A stretch of DNA of 64,000 nt, from positions 92,444,001 through 92,508,000 of the forward strand of contig NC_045696.1 of assembly GCF_009834535.1 (NCBI RefSeq), given 5' to 3'. Shown one piece after another: positions 14,488 through 27,265 of this stretch. Numbering within the stretch: the first letter of the stretch is position 1; the number at the start of each line of letters is the position of its first letter. Origin of the DNA: Camelus ferus. Lineage: Eukaryota. A model generated the notes under the pieces. That model made no database searches. It saw only the letters and a list, made by a program, of their open reading frames with translations, and was not told the origin of the DNA. The translations under genes and the position numbers were made by a program.

Positions 14488-14903
14488 CTTCCCAGTGGAC
14501 ATTCATGTCTGACCTCATGCTGTCCCCAGCCCAGACTCTAGACAGGCATGCGGGGTAACTTTGGAAAGCCCCAGGACACGGCAGCCAGTGTCCACGTTGG
14601 CCAAGTCATCACGTCCATCCATGCCAAGGTGCAGAACAAGGAGCATGTGATTCAGGCCCTACACGCACCAAGACCAAGTTCCCTGGCTACCAGGAAGTCC
14701 CCGTCTCCAAGAAGTGGGGATCCACTAAGTTTAGCGTAGAAGAATTGGAGGACATGGTGGCAGAAAAGGGGCTCATCCCAGATGAGCTGAGGGATCAAAT
14801 GCATCCCTAATTGTGGCTTCTGGATAAATGGTGAGTCCTGCCCTCATAAGAACCCTTCTACTCACGCCCACCAATAAAATCTACTTTCACATCAAAAAAA
14901 AAA
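14488..14903 (+). pseudogene. RPL10: RPL10 partly processed pseudogene: retained intron remnant (14488-14534), last two exons spliced, 3' UTR and poly(A)
   Basis: Degenerate translation (TG)[64 protein letters not shown] matches the RPL10/uL16 C-terminal half. Branch-like CTGAC at 14509-14513, CAG acceptor ending 14534, in-frame TAG at 14539-14541 plus frameshifts, stop at 14847-14849, AATAAA at 14873-14878, A10 at 14894-14903. Confidence 0.93.
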
Positions 14904-16588
14904 GAGTAATGTTAAAGATAAATATAAGTGAAAACATTAAATATACCAAAACAATTTCTCAGAAGAGGAAAGCTGAATGCAACATATAAGACCTGTAAGG
15001 GAGTTATGATGTGTGTCAACAGTCAACTTCACACTAGGTTTTGTGAGTTAGGGCTGTGCACTCAACACGAGAGACACAAGGTCGCATTGCGTGTGGGGAC
15101 TGCTCACCTAAGCTCTGTCTCATCCTTGAACCTCCAGGCTGACACAGAGCAAGCCCTTTGGCGCAGGCCTGCTACTTGCACACACCGCTGCCCGCACAGA
15201 GCATCACACATCTGTGTCCACCCGTGACCGGCTAGCCTGCCCGTCTGTCTGTGCTTGCAGCCCAGCTTTCAGATCTTTTGTGTTACATTCCCCTTTCCTC
15301 TTCAGGACAAATGAACAACTCATACACCAGGCATCATGCTGGATGCTAGGAAAACAAGATGAACATGAACGTGGTCCCCACTCCAGGTACCTTCAAATCT
15401 AGTAAGAGATCCAGTCTCATATACAAATAATTACAGAGGCACATGGGGAGAAACACAGGTAGGAAAAGGAACATAGGTGGAAAATGATCAGTTCTTTTCA
15501 AGAGGGCTGCCCCTTTTGTGACACCCAAACCTTCCCTGCTCATGCACAGAATGATGTGAGGCTCGAATGGGACACTGTAAGTGAACACAATTTGAAGAGT
15601 GTAACTCTCTCTTCTCTTGGTGGGCACTCATCTTATGTTCTCTGTATTTCTTATCAGGTCACATCTAAACTATAGTGTTGGGCAAATTGTCAACAGCCAA
15701 AGTGGAGGTAGGGCAAGCCATATGTCATATTTTATTGCTTTCCCAGATTAATTCACCATATTTAGGTAATTGATTCTGAAAGGCAGCCCTCCCGGTAGTC
15801 AGTGGGTTAAGAATCAGTTAGATCTAGGATAACACGCAGGACATTACAGGCCAGACACCCAGCAATGACTTTTACACATCAGTATGCATCCTCCAACCCC
15901 TCAGCGGGAGGACAAGATCACAAGTGATGAATCACCTTGTAGATCGCAAGGCGGTATGCACACTAAATGAATCTTTGTAACCACAGCATTCATGCAACAT
16001 TTGGCCTTGATTTATAATTCTGTACAAAGTTTGTCACTGCTGGAAAAGGGTAGTGAAATAACAAGATAAGGTTGAATTAAAAGTACTTCTTCATCTAAAT
16101 GTACCACCAGCAAAAAGTTATGGCTGGATTTGAGCTGACAAGAATAAGGACAAAATTCCTGTTTCTTTTTCCCTAATTTCAGGGTTCAGCTGGTGCCAGG
16201 AATCTGCTCATTGTAGTAATTTAATCACCAAGGCCAAATAATGCTTCTCACTGACTTGAAAAATAGATGGACACATAGAGTAACATAAATCAAAATGCTT
16301 TTTGGTGAGGCCCATTCTGACACCTTCTCCATAACAGAGTTTTACTTACAAGTTACTAGATCAACCCCACTTGATACTTAATGATCATAATTCCTATACT
16401 TTCCCCATGAGGTTGACATGGTGGTCAACCAGAGCCCCCACTACTTGACTTGGCTCAAGGTAGGGGACTCCACAAATTTTTTTTAAATGACATAGTTCAT
16501 TGGAAACTTGAAAAAAGAATTCATAAAAGCAAAGACAATCTGAAGTATTTTGAGTCTGAGATGCCTGCCTTGAGTTGATATTTTAACG

Positions 16589-16794
16589 CAGGGCTGTTGT
16601 ATTGGATGATGGGGATGTTCTGTATCTTTACTGTCCAATACAGTAGCCGTTACCTCATGTGAATATTAAGTGCTTGAATATGTTAATGCTCGTTGAGGAA
16701 CTGGATTTTAATTTTAACTGAATTTAGTTTAATGTTAGTTAACTGTAACAGCCATGTATAATGTGGTGAATGGCTACCACATAGAATTGCATAG
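16589..16794. mobile_element. MER3-like hAT MITE
   Basis: GATGATGGGGATGTTCTGTATCTTTACTGTCCAATACAGTAGCC...GAGGAACTGGATTTTAA...TGGCTACC matches recalled MER3. Confidence 0.65.
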
Positions 16795-19700
16795 CATGAC
16801 TTCTGTTTTCAAATACTATTGAAAAAACCACGTCGACGGTGTTAAAAGTGTTGAAAGCAGTTTTCTAAATTACCTGAATATAATTCTTCTACAGTTAGCT
16901 ACTAACTTCAGAGCATCTGAGTTTTGTGAATTCCACAACTGACTTTGTAGAATGATTTTCTTTATTTTTTTTCTGATCTTATTTCTGTCCTAAACAAGTG
17001 TCCGTGAGGATCTTAGCTTCCTTTGGTTTAAGTTTGAAGAAGCTAATCAAATAAAGGAGATGAAGAGTTGTTTTATTCGTTTGGAGCCAGCAGAGTAGGC
17101 AGACTCCCAAGCTGTTCCAAGGTCAAGCTGTGGGGTTTTTTTAACCTAGGATGCCATGATGCTGCTGGGCAAACAGCTCCACTTTGAGTCAGCAACAAGA
17201 ATGATCTGAAGAAACTGCACTGACACCACATGTCTATGAGGGATGTTAGCAGCCACCTTATCCTTTTTAATAAGAGACTCCATATCTTAGTAACATCTGT
17301 GATTCTCTTCAACCTGACTCTGAATTGCTGGAGACTCAGCTGAACATACAATGAAAATAAGACAACAGTCCTCCCACGATGGGCAGGAGGGAGATAACGG
17401 CAGCTGATAGGAGGTTTTGTTTTTAGAGCCTATTAGCCTTATAAGTGTCTAGCATAATATTTTGCATGTAGCAGGTGGTCTAAATTATTAGCTGATTGGT
17501 TGCATAATTGATAGGCCTAAAACTGGAAGAAATACCAGATTTACATATTGCACAAAAATAAACAGCTGTAGTATTTCTGCGACTATAACACTCTGTCCTT
17601 TTTACTAAAAGCACCTCGTATAAATATGTCCTAAATACACAGTCCATTCAGTTTGGCCTCAAGCAATGTTTAGAAAACCACTCTATGATTCTGAGTGGTG
17701 AAAGCACTCAGATGTGAGTTTTCCAAAGGCTTCTTTTATGTGCCCAGTGCTGAAGATCAGGCATCCAAGCACAGTTCTAATGTTTGTTGTGAGGCTCTGT
17801 GAGTTCTCAGGATGCTTTCAGTATCCTAAATCAAAAAACTCAAAACCGTGTCATGTATAAGTAAACTATGTTAGCAGTTTCTTTTTCATATAGGCAGTCA
17901 AAGCACACAGTTATTTTTTACAGATAAAAGTAGAAATGCTTTGCCAATAATTCTTCACTCATTTTTATCTGGGCTGACACATATAGCTATTTTGTAGGTA
18001 GTTAAGGCAAAGATCAATCATTTTATGAAAAATGTGAAGCCACAATGCTTTGCGTATGTGGACTAGCCTTCAGAGATCATGCAGAAACTCATGTGTGGAT
18101 AGAATGAAAACATTTTCAAAATGTATGGATGGCTATATTCTAAAAGGAAATAAGAGCAAAAGTGAAATAGTAGTTAGATCTAAAGTCAGCGTGAAATGAA
18201 GTTATGGGGGAAAAAACCACCTCCCTCTGACCGGAGACTGGCACACCCGTGCTAGGAGGTTGGAAGCCAGATAACAACCTTCTTTTTCATGGTATCAGTC
18301 CTCTGAGGGGCATGGGGAGCAGGGATGGGAGTCAGGGAGGAGGTTTGGGGGGGTGAGTACTAATTATTCCACCTTTCAGTTTGGTCATCAATAAAAGGGC
18401 TGTTAAGACAAATACGACACGTGAAAGACAAACAGGTAGAAAGGCTCCAGGCTTTTTTATGGCAAGTGGAAGGTCGGTGACAGATGATGGAGGTAATGCA
18501 GCTGATTCCACAGATTTGGTGAGCGCTCCCCCGCCAGCCTGCACCCCCCCCCCAGCCCTCAATTCCTGCTAAAGAACAGACACAGGCCAGCCTTAGAGGA
18601 AAGGCTTGAGCTGCTTACAAGTAATGCATTTGAGGTTACTCTGAGTTAATAAATTGTAGTGAAGAGATAATTGCCTCAGGACTGCAGTAGTTTAAGAAGG
18701 TGCTTTAAAGTCAGACAAGGGAGAAGGGCAGCAGCTCTCTGACATTTCTCTTCCTGTGAGTGAGAATGGAGATGAGGTAAGCAATTCTGTGGAAGCACTT
18801 TAGAGACAGGAGAGCCATAGCAGAGGTCCCCTTCCACCTCCTTCCTGGAGCTGACTGCCAGACCTCCGGGCCTAATTAGACCACTGAGCGCTTTGCCCTC
18901 CAGACACGTGGAAAGGAAAACCAGGATGCAGTGAAAGAAGCTATACCAGAAGACACCCTGCTCCCCGAACCTCGCCATGTCACTCAACCCAGCTTTGTTC
19001 TTCCCACTTCTGTGCTGTTACCTGTACCTTCAAGTCCTCTCTCCCAGATTATTAAAATGGCTTTCTATCAGTTTCCTATGCACAGTTCTTCCAAAAATAG
19101 CTTTTTGGAATGCAAATTTGATCTTGTTACTTCTTACCTAAGAGTGCCTCAACAGTTTTCATGGCCAGTTCCTCCCCTGATCGCTTTCTTCCCTGCTCCT
19201 TACCCTCTTCTTCTAGCACTCTCCTCTCCCAGAAGGTTTGCAGGGACAGGAGGAAGAGAGAGAGAAGGCAGGTGGAGAAGGGTAGCTACCTGCTCCTGAG
19301 TGTCTCCTATGTTATGTGCTTTATAGTTGTAACATTATTTCATTTTCTCCATAACCCTATGGGATAGGTATTGCTATTTCCATTTTACTGATGGAAAAAG
19401 TGAATGAGCAGAAAGGTTAAACTGTTAGGTCATGCACTTAGTAAGACTTACAACCAGCAATCAATTTAGATGTGTCTCTAAAACTTGTTTTATAACCATC
19501 GCTTCTGAGTCTTTAAATATATCATTCCCTCCATGTCAAAATCTCTCCCAGACTTGGACCAACCAATTGTTGAACTCTTATTCATCCTACAAAGCCCTGT
19601 GCATGAATCACCAGCTCTGCAAAGTCATCCTTGACTCTCAAGAGAGCATTCATCACTTGTTCTACTACATTATGATTATGTTGTACACAGCAGTACTGCA

Positions 19701-20599
19701 TGTGTCATATCAGACTAATTATCTGGTTGACATGACTTTTTCCCCTACTAGACTGTTCTTGGAGTTGCCTGAAGCCAGGAACCATGTCTTTCCTTGTTGT
19801 GAGCTCAGTGACTGGCATACTGCCCAGGGCACAACTAGCGCTCCATCAATCTTTGTTGATTTGAACAATTCTATGCGGCAAAGAGTAAACTGGTGGATCA
19901 AAAAGCCTTCAGTTAAAATTCTTAACTAGAACTTACCAACCATCTATGTGAGTATTAGCAGATTGTTTAACCTCTTCAGGCAACAGAAGACTTACTTGTC
20001 AAATTACTGGAGGGTTTGGGGGTGAGATACTAAATTATCCCCAATATCTCCTCAGATTCTAAAATTCTGTGCACTTACTCTTTGCACAGTGTGTGGGAAA
20101 GGAAAACTACTGTCGTCAGATGCAAAATGAAACACGGCATTTGTATAATTGCACTTGCTGAATAGTTGATGGAACTTAACTGTATTTATTGGGGCAATTG
20201 GGCGGGGGGAGACTAACCACCTTATAAATAAACCACTTTATGAGTTTTTAATGTGTTCCTTATTAAAAATGCATTACTTTCCATGCTAAATTAAATAACA
20301 GTTAAAGCCAGTGTTTTCCTTCTTACCTTTAGTTAAATGAGATTTCCACTTATTTTAGTTATATTGATTAAGTAGAACAAGCTACTTGAGATGTAGACTA
20401 ATAGAGGAAAATATCCCTCCAAACATAAAAAGAGGGCTTTAGAGCTAGAGGAGAACTAAGAACCAGATCCAAAGCTCAAGGAGTGGAGACAGCACACAGC
20501 TGGCTCGTGGTGGAGCAGCCTCACTCCCAATTTCCAGAAGACTGACCTGATGGAATCTTACTACCCGGAGTTCACTGCCCCGCTGTTCCCTCCAGATAT

Positions 20600-21080
20600 A
20601 ATCACTGGAGAGTGTGGTCAACTGACTCCTCTTTTCTCAAATCAAGAACTGTCTGCCCCTCCATTCTCAGCCAGGGACTGAGCACGAAGCTACAAAAGCC
20701 AGCAAGCTTCTCCCGTCACCCAAATCCAGGCAGTGGTCCAGAGTGGAAGACTGGTCATCCAGTCAAAACCAGGGCACCGCTGAAAAGATGGGACTTCTAG
20801 GAAGAGAAGGCTCCTTCTTTACGCCTTCCTTCTGGAAGGCACAGGAGCTCCTGTTAGCCACCTGGACGATGCCGCAGACCCACCACTGTAGGGCTAAGCA
20901 TGGAGCCGTTACCAAAAAGAAAGTCACAGGTGCAGAGAGGGAGGAACTAGGCCCTGTCCACGGCATGCGCACCTGGATTCTGCCCTTGCCTGAGGTTTCC
21001 CTATCTCTGCACATTTTAGTTCCACGTGCCAGCAAGTTTCCTTTATTACTTAAGCCAGCTTGAGGCAGTTCTGCTGTTAC
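20600..21080 (+). mobile_element. Old MLT1 (J/K/L-type) LTR remnant
   Basis: 3' end GCCAGCAAGTTTCCTTTATTACTTAAGCCAGCTTGAG...CTGTTAC is characteristic of old MLT1 LTRs. 5' boundary uncertain. Confidence 0.5.
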
Positions 21081-22079
21081 ACACGGTGATCTATAGAGTG
21101 GAAGCGTTTTGGTAGAATGTATTTCAATTTCTTATATTCATAAAGGCCCACATTTTTCTCCAGGTTAAATTCAGAACAAGAGCCTTTATCTGTAAGCCTC
21201 ACTACGGATCAGACAGCTGAATCTCAATACTTGTTTTAGATCTGAGGGAGCTCAAAAAAGAGCTTCAAAAGCATGTCTTAAGTTCTTAAAATCTGATTTT
21301 AATTATGATTTTCCTCCCTTTTATAATAGTAATACACACACATTTGGAAATTAGTAATAGAAGAAGGGGAAAAATCGTCCCCATTCCTACCACCTAAAAA
21401 TAACTCCTCCTAATATTTGGTTGTTTTTCCCTTCTGTTCTTTTTGCTGTTTTTTTTTTTTTCTTTAATTGAGTCCATTCTGATTGCTAAGTATAATATCT
21501 ATTTGCCTTGATTTTAGAAGTGAACTTCAGGTCCATATGAAAGGTTTAATTGATGTGGAACATCCCCCCGCCCCTCAAATGTCCATACACACTCCAAGCA
21601 AAAAGAATTGCTGAATAAAATTTAATAAAATAAATTTAAATGCAAGTTTAAGGCCTACAAAGGGAAATCTCCAGATGTCGAAACAAAGAAAGCACTGAAG
21701 TCAGGAAAGCAGACAACAGAGTAAGGGCCCTATGTCTTCCTGCCCTCACTCAGGAAGCAGAGAAGCTCTGTTTCAGGAGGCAAACATAGATGTGTCCATG
21801 AGTATTATTTTCAATAATCCAGCTTCATAAACATAATTATTATTGGAAGTTCCTTCTATGTGCTGGTTATAAGTTGGGCCAGTTTAAGTTTTCAGTTATG
21901 ATTTTGTATATTTTTCTCTATGGTCGCAGGTAGGAGGAAATCCCATGATGCTGTTCAGTGGGTAGTAGTTAGAGTTCTGTTAATTAAGAGTTCCGAATTG
22001 ACTTTTTAAATTTTTCATAAATATGTACATGGGTCTTTGCTTTCTTCTATCAAGCATATCTCTGTGTATAAAATACAAT

Positions 22080-24040
22080 ATGTATCTCTCTCTCTCTGCT
22101 CTTGCTGAGGTTGACACTGGCCTCCACGTTCCTAAGTCCCGTGGTCCAGTCTCAGCCCTCGTGTACTTGGCCTGCCAGCGATCCTGAACGTGGCGCAGCC
22201 CCTTTCAGTTGGCTCCTGACGCCACCCTCTCAGGTTTCTCCTACTTTTCTCAGTGTTCACTCTCAGTCTCCTCTGCTGATTCCGCCTTGTCTGTCCCGCC
22301 TCTGACATTGGGGAGCCTGGGGCAGTTTGGGCTTTTTCTCTTTTCTGCCTACACTTACTTGCTAGTCTCATGGTTTGACACTCTCCTGATAGACTGATGA
22401 CTTCAAGATGTGTATCTTTATATCTTAAATATAAATCTCCAGCCCAGACCTCTCCCATGGACTCCAGACTCTTGTCTACTTGACATTTTTCCTTTGTTGT
22501 CCGATAGGCATTTTGACCTCACGTGTCCAAAAACCAAATTCTACTGCTCCTCCCACCAGATCGTCTGCTGCAGTCTTATCTTGCTGAATGGCAGCTTGAC
22601 TGTCCCAGTTGCTTAGGCCAAGTAACTTAGAGTCATCTTTGACTGTTCCTTTTATCACATGCTACATCCAATTTATCTGCAAATGCTCTGAACTCTACTT
22701 TTAAAATCGATCCAAAATCAGATTACTTCTCACCTTTTGCACCCTGGTTCAAGCTATTATTCCCTCTTATCTGGTGCATGACAGGAACTTCCTAATCAGT
22801 CACCCTAATTCTACCTTTCAGTCTATTTTCCAGCTTAGCTGTTGGAATGATGTCGGTATTCATGCCATGATGGTCTGATTTAAAAACAAATCAAATCATG
22901 TCACTCTCCTGCTCAGAACTCTCCAGTGTCTTCCATCTCTCTCAGACTAGAAGCCACGTCTTATAAATGGCGGACAAAGACCTGCATGATTTGGCTTCTA
23001 TGCAGTAAACTATTAACACTGACCAAAGAAAGGTTTGACACTTGGCCCCCAGCTCCTGAGAGGTAACCTCTAAACCCTCAGAATGCTCTACCCACTAGGA
23101 GAGAGTTTATCTACCTGGAGGCCTTGGGCCATGCCTTATGGTCTATGCTAAATGTATGCTTTATAGTGGGGGCCGTGGGCCACACAGAATCAGCTTGACC
23201 TCCATATAGGCTGGAGACCAAGGTCAACCAAGCAGGTGGTCAGTGTGTCCATGAGGCCAATCTCCAATGAGAACTCTGGGCACTAAGGCTCTGATAAGCT
23301 TCCCTAATGACAACATCCTATGCACATTGTCATAGTGTTGCTGGGAGAGAAGTGGTTTCCATGTGACTCTGTTGAAGAGACAACTGGAAGCTCTAGGTTC
23401 GGTTCTTCAGGACCCCAGCCTGGGCACATATTCCTGATTCTAATCTGTATTTTTTCACTATAAAAACTTCAAGTCTGAAGCTTTGCCGAATTCTGTGAGT
23501 CCTTCTAGTGAATCACTGAACCTCAAGGCGGGGGGAGGTTCTTGGGAGCCTCCTGAACTTGCAATATCTCCCTTTACATTCTTGGCATTTTTTTCTTGCT
23601 ATTCTAGCAATCACTCACTCCTTTCCTGTCCCCCTGGATTCTGTGATGTTTCCCCCTTGTACACTCTCACTCTAGGCTTTTGCATGTGCTGTACCCTCCA
23701 TCTGGAGTACTCCTCCCCCAAAAGCCCTTATGATTGCCCTTTGCACCTCCTTCAGACACTTACTCAAATGCCATCTTCTCAGTGAGGCCTTCCCTGGCTA
23801 CACTATTTAAAACTTTAATTGTCCCCTGACACATACACTCACCCTCCTTCCATGTTTTGTATTTCTACAGAGGACTTATCCTTCCTGAAATGTTACACAC
23901 TTGAGTTAATTATCTACTTCACCTCCACTAGAACAAAATCTTCAAGAAAGCAGGGAACTCAGTCTGTGTCCCCAATGCCTGGAACAGTGTATAACACAGG
24001 TCAGCACTGATTAATAGTTCTTGAATTAAAGAATGAAATC
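22080..24040 (+). mobile_element. L2 LINE 3' portion, split by an LTR at 23001-23563
   Basis: L2 hallmarks: CTCCAGCCCAGACCTCTCCC, AATCATGTCACTCTCCTGCTCAGAACTCTCCAGTG, CTCAAATGCCATCTTCTCAGTGAGGCCTTCCCTG, and terminal CCCCAATGCCTGGAACAGTG...GAATGAA. Confidence 0.75.
23001..23563. mobile_element. Solo LTR, MER21-like (ERVL class)
   Basis: TG...CA bounded ~560 bp segment interrupting the L2. Contains CCCCAGCTCCTGAGAGGTAACCTCTAAACCCT and GAATTCTGTGAGTCCTTCTAGTGAATCACTGAACCT, typical of MER21-type LTRs. No clean TSD. Confidence 0.7.
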
Positions 24041-25477
24041 CGTGCATGTTCAGGAGGAAATTAACTAAATAGTTCAACAAAACAATAGATACTGCACCCA
24101 ATACAGCAAGGACTGATTAGTGATCATACAAAATAACTGGATAAGAAGAGGGCTACCAATGAATTCTAAAACATGTATTTGTAGATTTGGCTGCTTGAAC
24201 CTGATCTTCCATCTTTTAAGAGAATGTGTTTTGGGTTACCCAACAATTTGAAGGGGTCATGAGACACAACAGGGAAAATATTAAACCCGTGTAGGCCAGA
24301 AACCAAGAACTGGTAAGCATAGAGTCAGAAATGGAAGTTTCTTGGAGAAGAAATGGTTTTGAAGAAGGAACAGAAAGAAGACAGTTGGACTCTGTCCAGT
24401 CACTGAGTCTCAACCAGGCTCCCTCGAGCAATGAAAGCCTCCGAGTGGATAAGTGTGATCCTACTGTTGCCACTGCCCACCCCCCTAACACCGCATTGAG
24501 TAGGTCAGGGTCTTCCCCAGGAGCTAGGGTGGGGTCAGACTCAAATGAGAAACTCCACAATGACCTGATGGTACTCCCAGGTGCCATCCTGCAATTGCTA
24601 ATCACCAGCTGTACAGTGCCTTTGTTGCAGGCCATGCTGTTCCTGGAAAAGTCTGATCTATACCAAGAACGAGAAGATCCACTTAGAACTCACAATCACC
24701 CACCATCACTAAGTAGAGAGAATCTTCTAGTGTGTTTAGGATGGAGTAGAGTCATCTAGGAATCCCAACAGGAGGGCTGAACTTCCAAACTTGCCCCCAT
24801 CTTTTGTGAGATGACACCACCTGGGTGTTGTAATGAGATGCTGCCCCACTTATAATGAGATGGGAATGGAAATTGATCGGGAAAAGAGTAAACTGATGAG
24901 AGCTGGCCAATGGGATTGATGAAGCGGGGGAGGAAGGCGAGAGCTTGTGGTGGGAATGGGCAGAGAAGGAGAGACCCATGGCTCCGTAATGTGGGCGTGT
25001 TAGCACCACATCTGAGGAGAATCGAGGAATACGCACAGAGTGAAGACCTTGAGTGCCTCGTCTGGTCACTATAACCCAGGACCCCAGTACAGATAGGGCG
25101 GGACAGAGATACCAGAGAACTTTCTGGAGGAAAGTGCAGTGAAGACTCTGAATGGAGTGAAGTAAATGAGTGAATGAAAAATGAAACGAGATGCATGTCT
25201 GAGGAGATGCAAGAATAAGGTGGGCTTATGACATCATGATACCTATGATAGACAGCTTCAAAGGATTCTAACGTCCAAGCCTTAAGGACTCATTTCATAT
25301 GAGAAAAACGCTGTCCCCAAGTACCACTATCACAAGTGAGGACACTCTGGATGCTTTCAGTAAAGAGATAAAGTTAGGAGACTGAGGATGGAGAGGTCCA
25401 GTGGAGCAATTCCCGGTGCCTGATAATCCAGTGGACTGTCTGCCAGTGAAGAATGACAGCTTATTCCTTATACTCTC

Positions 25478-25720
25478 GTTCAATCATTCAGCAAATATTC
25501 ATTGAGTTCTACACTAGATTCCAGACTCTGGGGATTCGGCAATTAACCATACAGGTAACATCCCTGTCCTCCCGGAGTTCACACTCCAGTGGGAAAGACA
25601 GACAATACAGAAACAAATGAGAATGCTAAGAGGAAAAACAGGGGTAAAGGAAGGAGGTGCTAATTTGGAGAATCTTACAGAGAAGTTACAATGAGGATTA
25701 GCCACTGGGGAAATTACGCA
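25478..25720 (-). mobile_element. L2 3' end
   Basis: TTCAATCATTCAGCAAATATTCATTGAG...CCCTGTCCTCCCGGAGTTCACACTCCAGTGGG is the antisense L2 terminus. Confidence 0.6.
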
Positions 25721-26026
25721 CGAAAATTCCCGGTCTTGTACAATGGTCATCTCAAGAAGCAATTGTAGCTCCTTTTAAAAGCAGTGACCAGCTTCTAAAT
25801 GCACGTGCTGTCACTGTGTGCTGAGTTAGAGTGCTGTAAAATTTCAAAAGCAGGGTGAATCAGTGACCTGTTACAGACCTTCCAAATGCTAAAGCAAGAA
25901 CTTAGATACTTAATGAGCTGCACATGCTACACCCACACTCTACAACTGTCAGAGCTTCTATCTCATTCTACCTTAACAACTTAAAAGAAATATCATGGAG
26001 GGGAAAATAGACTAAAGACAATTGGG

Positions 26027-26214
26027 TCAGAACTCCCTTATCTAAAAATATTCCACATGACCCACCAAAAGCCTGTGTGTCCCTGCTGCTGGGGCCTCCC
26101 AGCTACTCCCACCTCTCCCGTCAGAACTCCCTTATCTAAAAATATTCCACATGACCCACCAAAAGCCTGTGTGTCCCTGCTGCTGGGGCCTCCCAGCTAC
26201 TCCCACCTCTCCCG
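26027..26214. repeat. Perfect 94-bp tandem duplication (2 copies)
   Basis: 26027-26120 and 26121-26214 are identical (TCAGAACTCCCTTATC...CCCACCTCTCCCG). Confidence 0.97.
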
Positions 26215-26819
26215 GTGGGCTCAGCAGGACCTGTGGCCAGAATCCACACTCTTCTGCCCTGCAGCCAGTTTGGAAGAGGCCTCTTTCTTTAGCGGCTGCT
26301 TTAGTCTCTTGGGGTGGATCCCTGACCCAGCTTTGTGGGTACCCGACTTTGGCGCAGGACAGTCCGAGGTAACAGCATGCTTGGCCCTCCCTGCCCTCCC
26401 ACTCTGAGAGTCAGTGCAGGGGCCCTCACTCAGGTCCTGCTAATTCTCAGCAGCCCCACGCCACCAACCTCCGAAAGCGCGCGCCCCTCCGCAGATGTGC
26501 TGAGCAAATGAACATAGACGACCGAATTTATGTGGGTCAATTAGGTCCGTATGTCTTTGAGATCCACCTCAGTGTGGACCTAAAGTTCAAGATGAAGACG
26601 TGGTAGCCTTGTTGCAGAGCTGTGGAAGAAGCAGACCTTGACGCAGAATTGGTAGCAGTAGCCAGGAGGCCTTTAGGACAAGCTTAGCAATTGTGTTGGC
26701 ACCACAGCGCCACCTCCCAACCCAAAGCAGTCATTGCAGTTAGTTACTGATCTTTTTCCCACTGGCCTCCTCCCTGTGCTGAAACTACCCCAGCCTATTC
26801 CAGGTTGAAGGAAACAAAA

Positions 26820-27265
26820 AACCCTTGACAACGAACTATAATATGTGATCCTGAACTAGATCCAGTACTAGCGGAGTAAAAAAATTCCTATAAAAGCCAC
26901 TATTGTGTGGGCTGACAAAATTGGAACACAGGTGGTAGATTAGATAAAAAACTGATTTACATTTAACTGAAGTTGGTAATTGCCCCGGGGGGGGGGGGGT
27001 GTGAGAGAATATCCTTAGTCTTAGGCGGTACTGAAGGGTAGAGGGCCATGATGTACGTAAATTACTCTCAAAGGCTTGGAAAAATAAATTGGAGGTGGGG
27101 GGGAGGATGCAGGAAGCAAGGAGGTAAAGTCATGAGTAGAGGTTAAGGCAGATGGGGCAAAATGTTAACACTATGTTAAAGAACAAACTGCCTACAGATA
27201 GTATATGTATTATTCTTGCAGCTTTTCTGTCAATTTGAAATTATTTTCCAACAAAAAGTTTTTTT
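26820..27265 (+). mobile_element. Ancient L1 (L1MC/L1ME-type) 3' end with a G14 run
   Basis: GTGATCCTGAACTAGATCC...GCAAAATGTTAACA...TATTCTTGCAGCTTTTCTGTCAATTTGAAATTATTTTCCAACAAAAAGTT. Confidence 0.6.

Noticed and set aside
14051..14512. 153-aa + strand ORF
   Set aside because: No recognisable protein; its 3' part is simply the SNORA70 copy read in frame.
14548..14739. 63-aa RPL10-like ORF as a functional gene
   Set aside because: Internal Met of a 5'-incomplete retrocopy with an upstream in-frame stop, frameshifts and many substitutions.
19432..19929. 165-aa + strand ORF
   Set aside because: Overlaps MIR/L2 remnants and has no protein-like features.
26027..26214. CRISPR-like or minisatellite array interpretation of the repeats
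   Set aside because: Eukaryotic DNA; only two directly abutting copies with no spacers.
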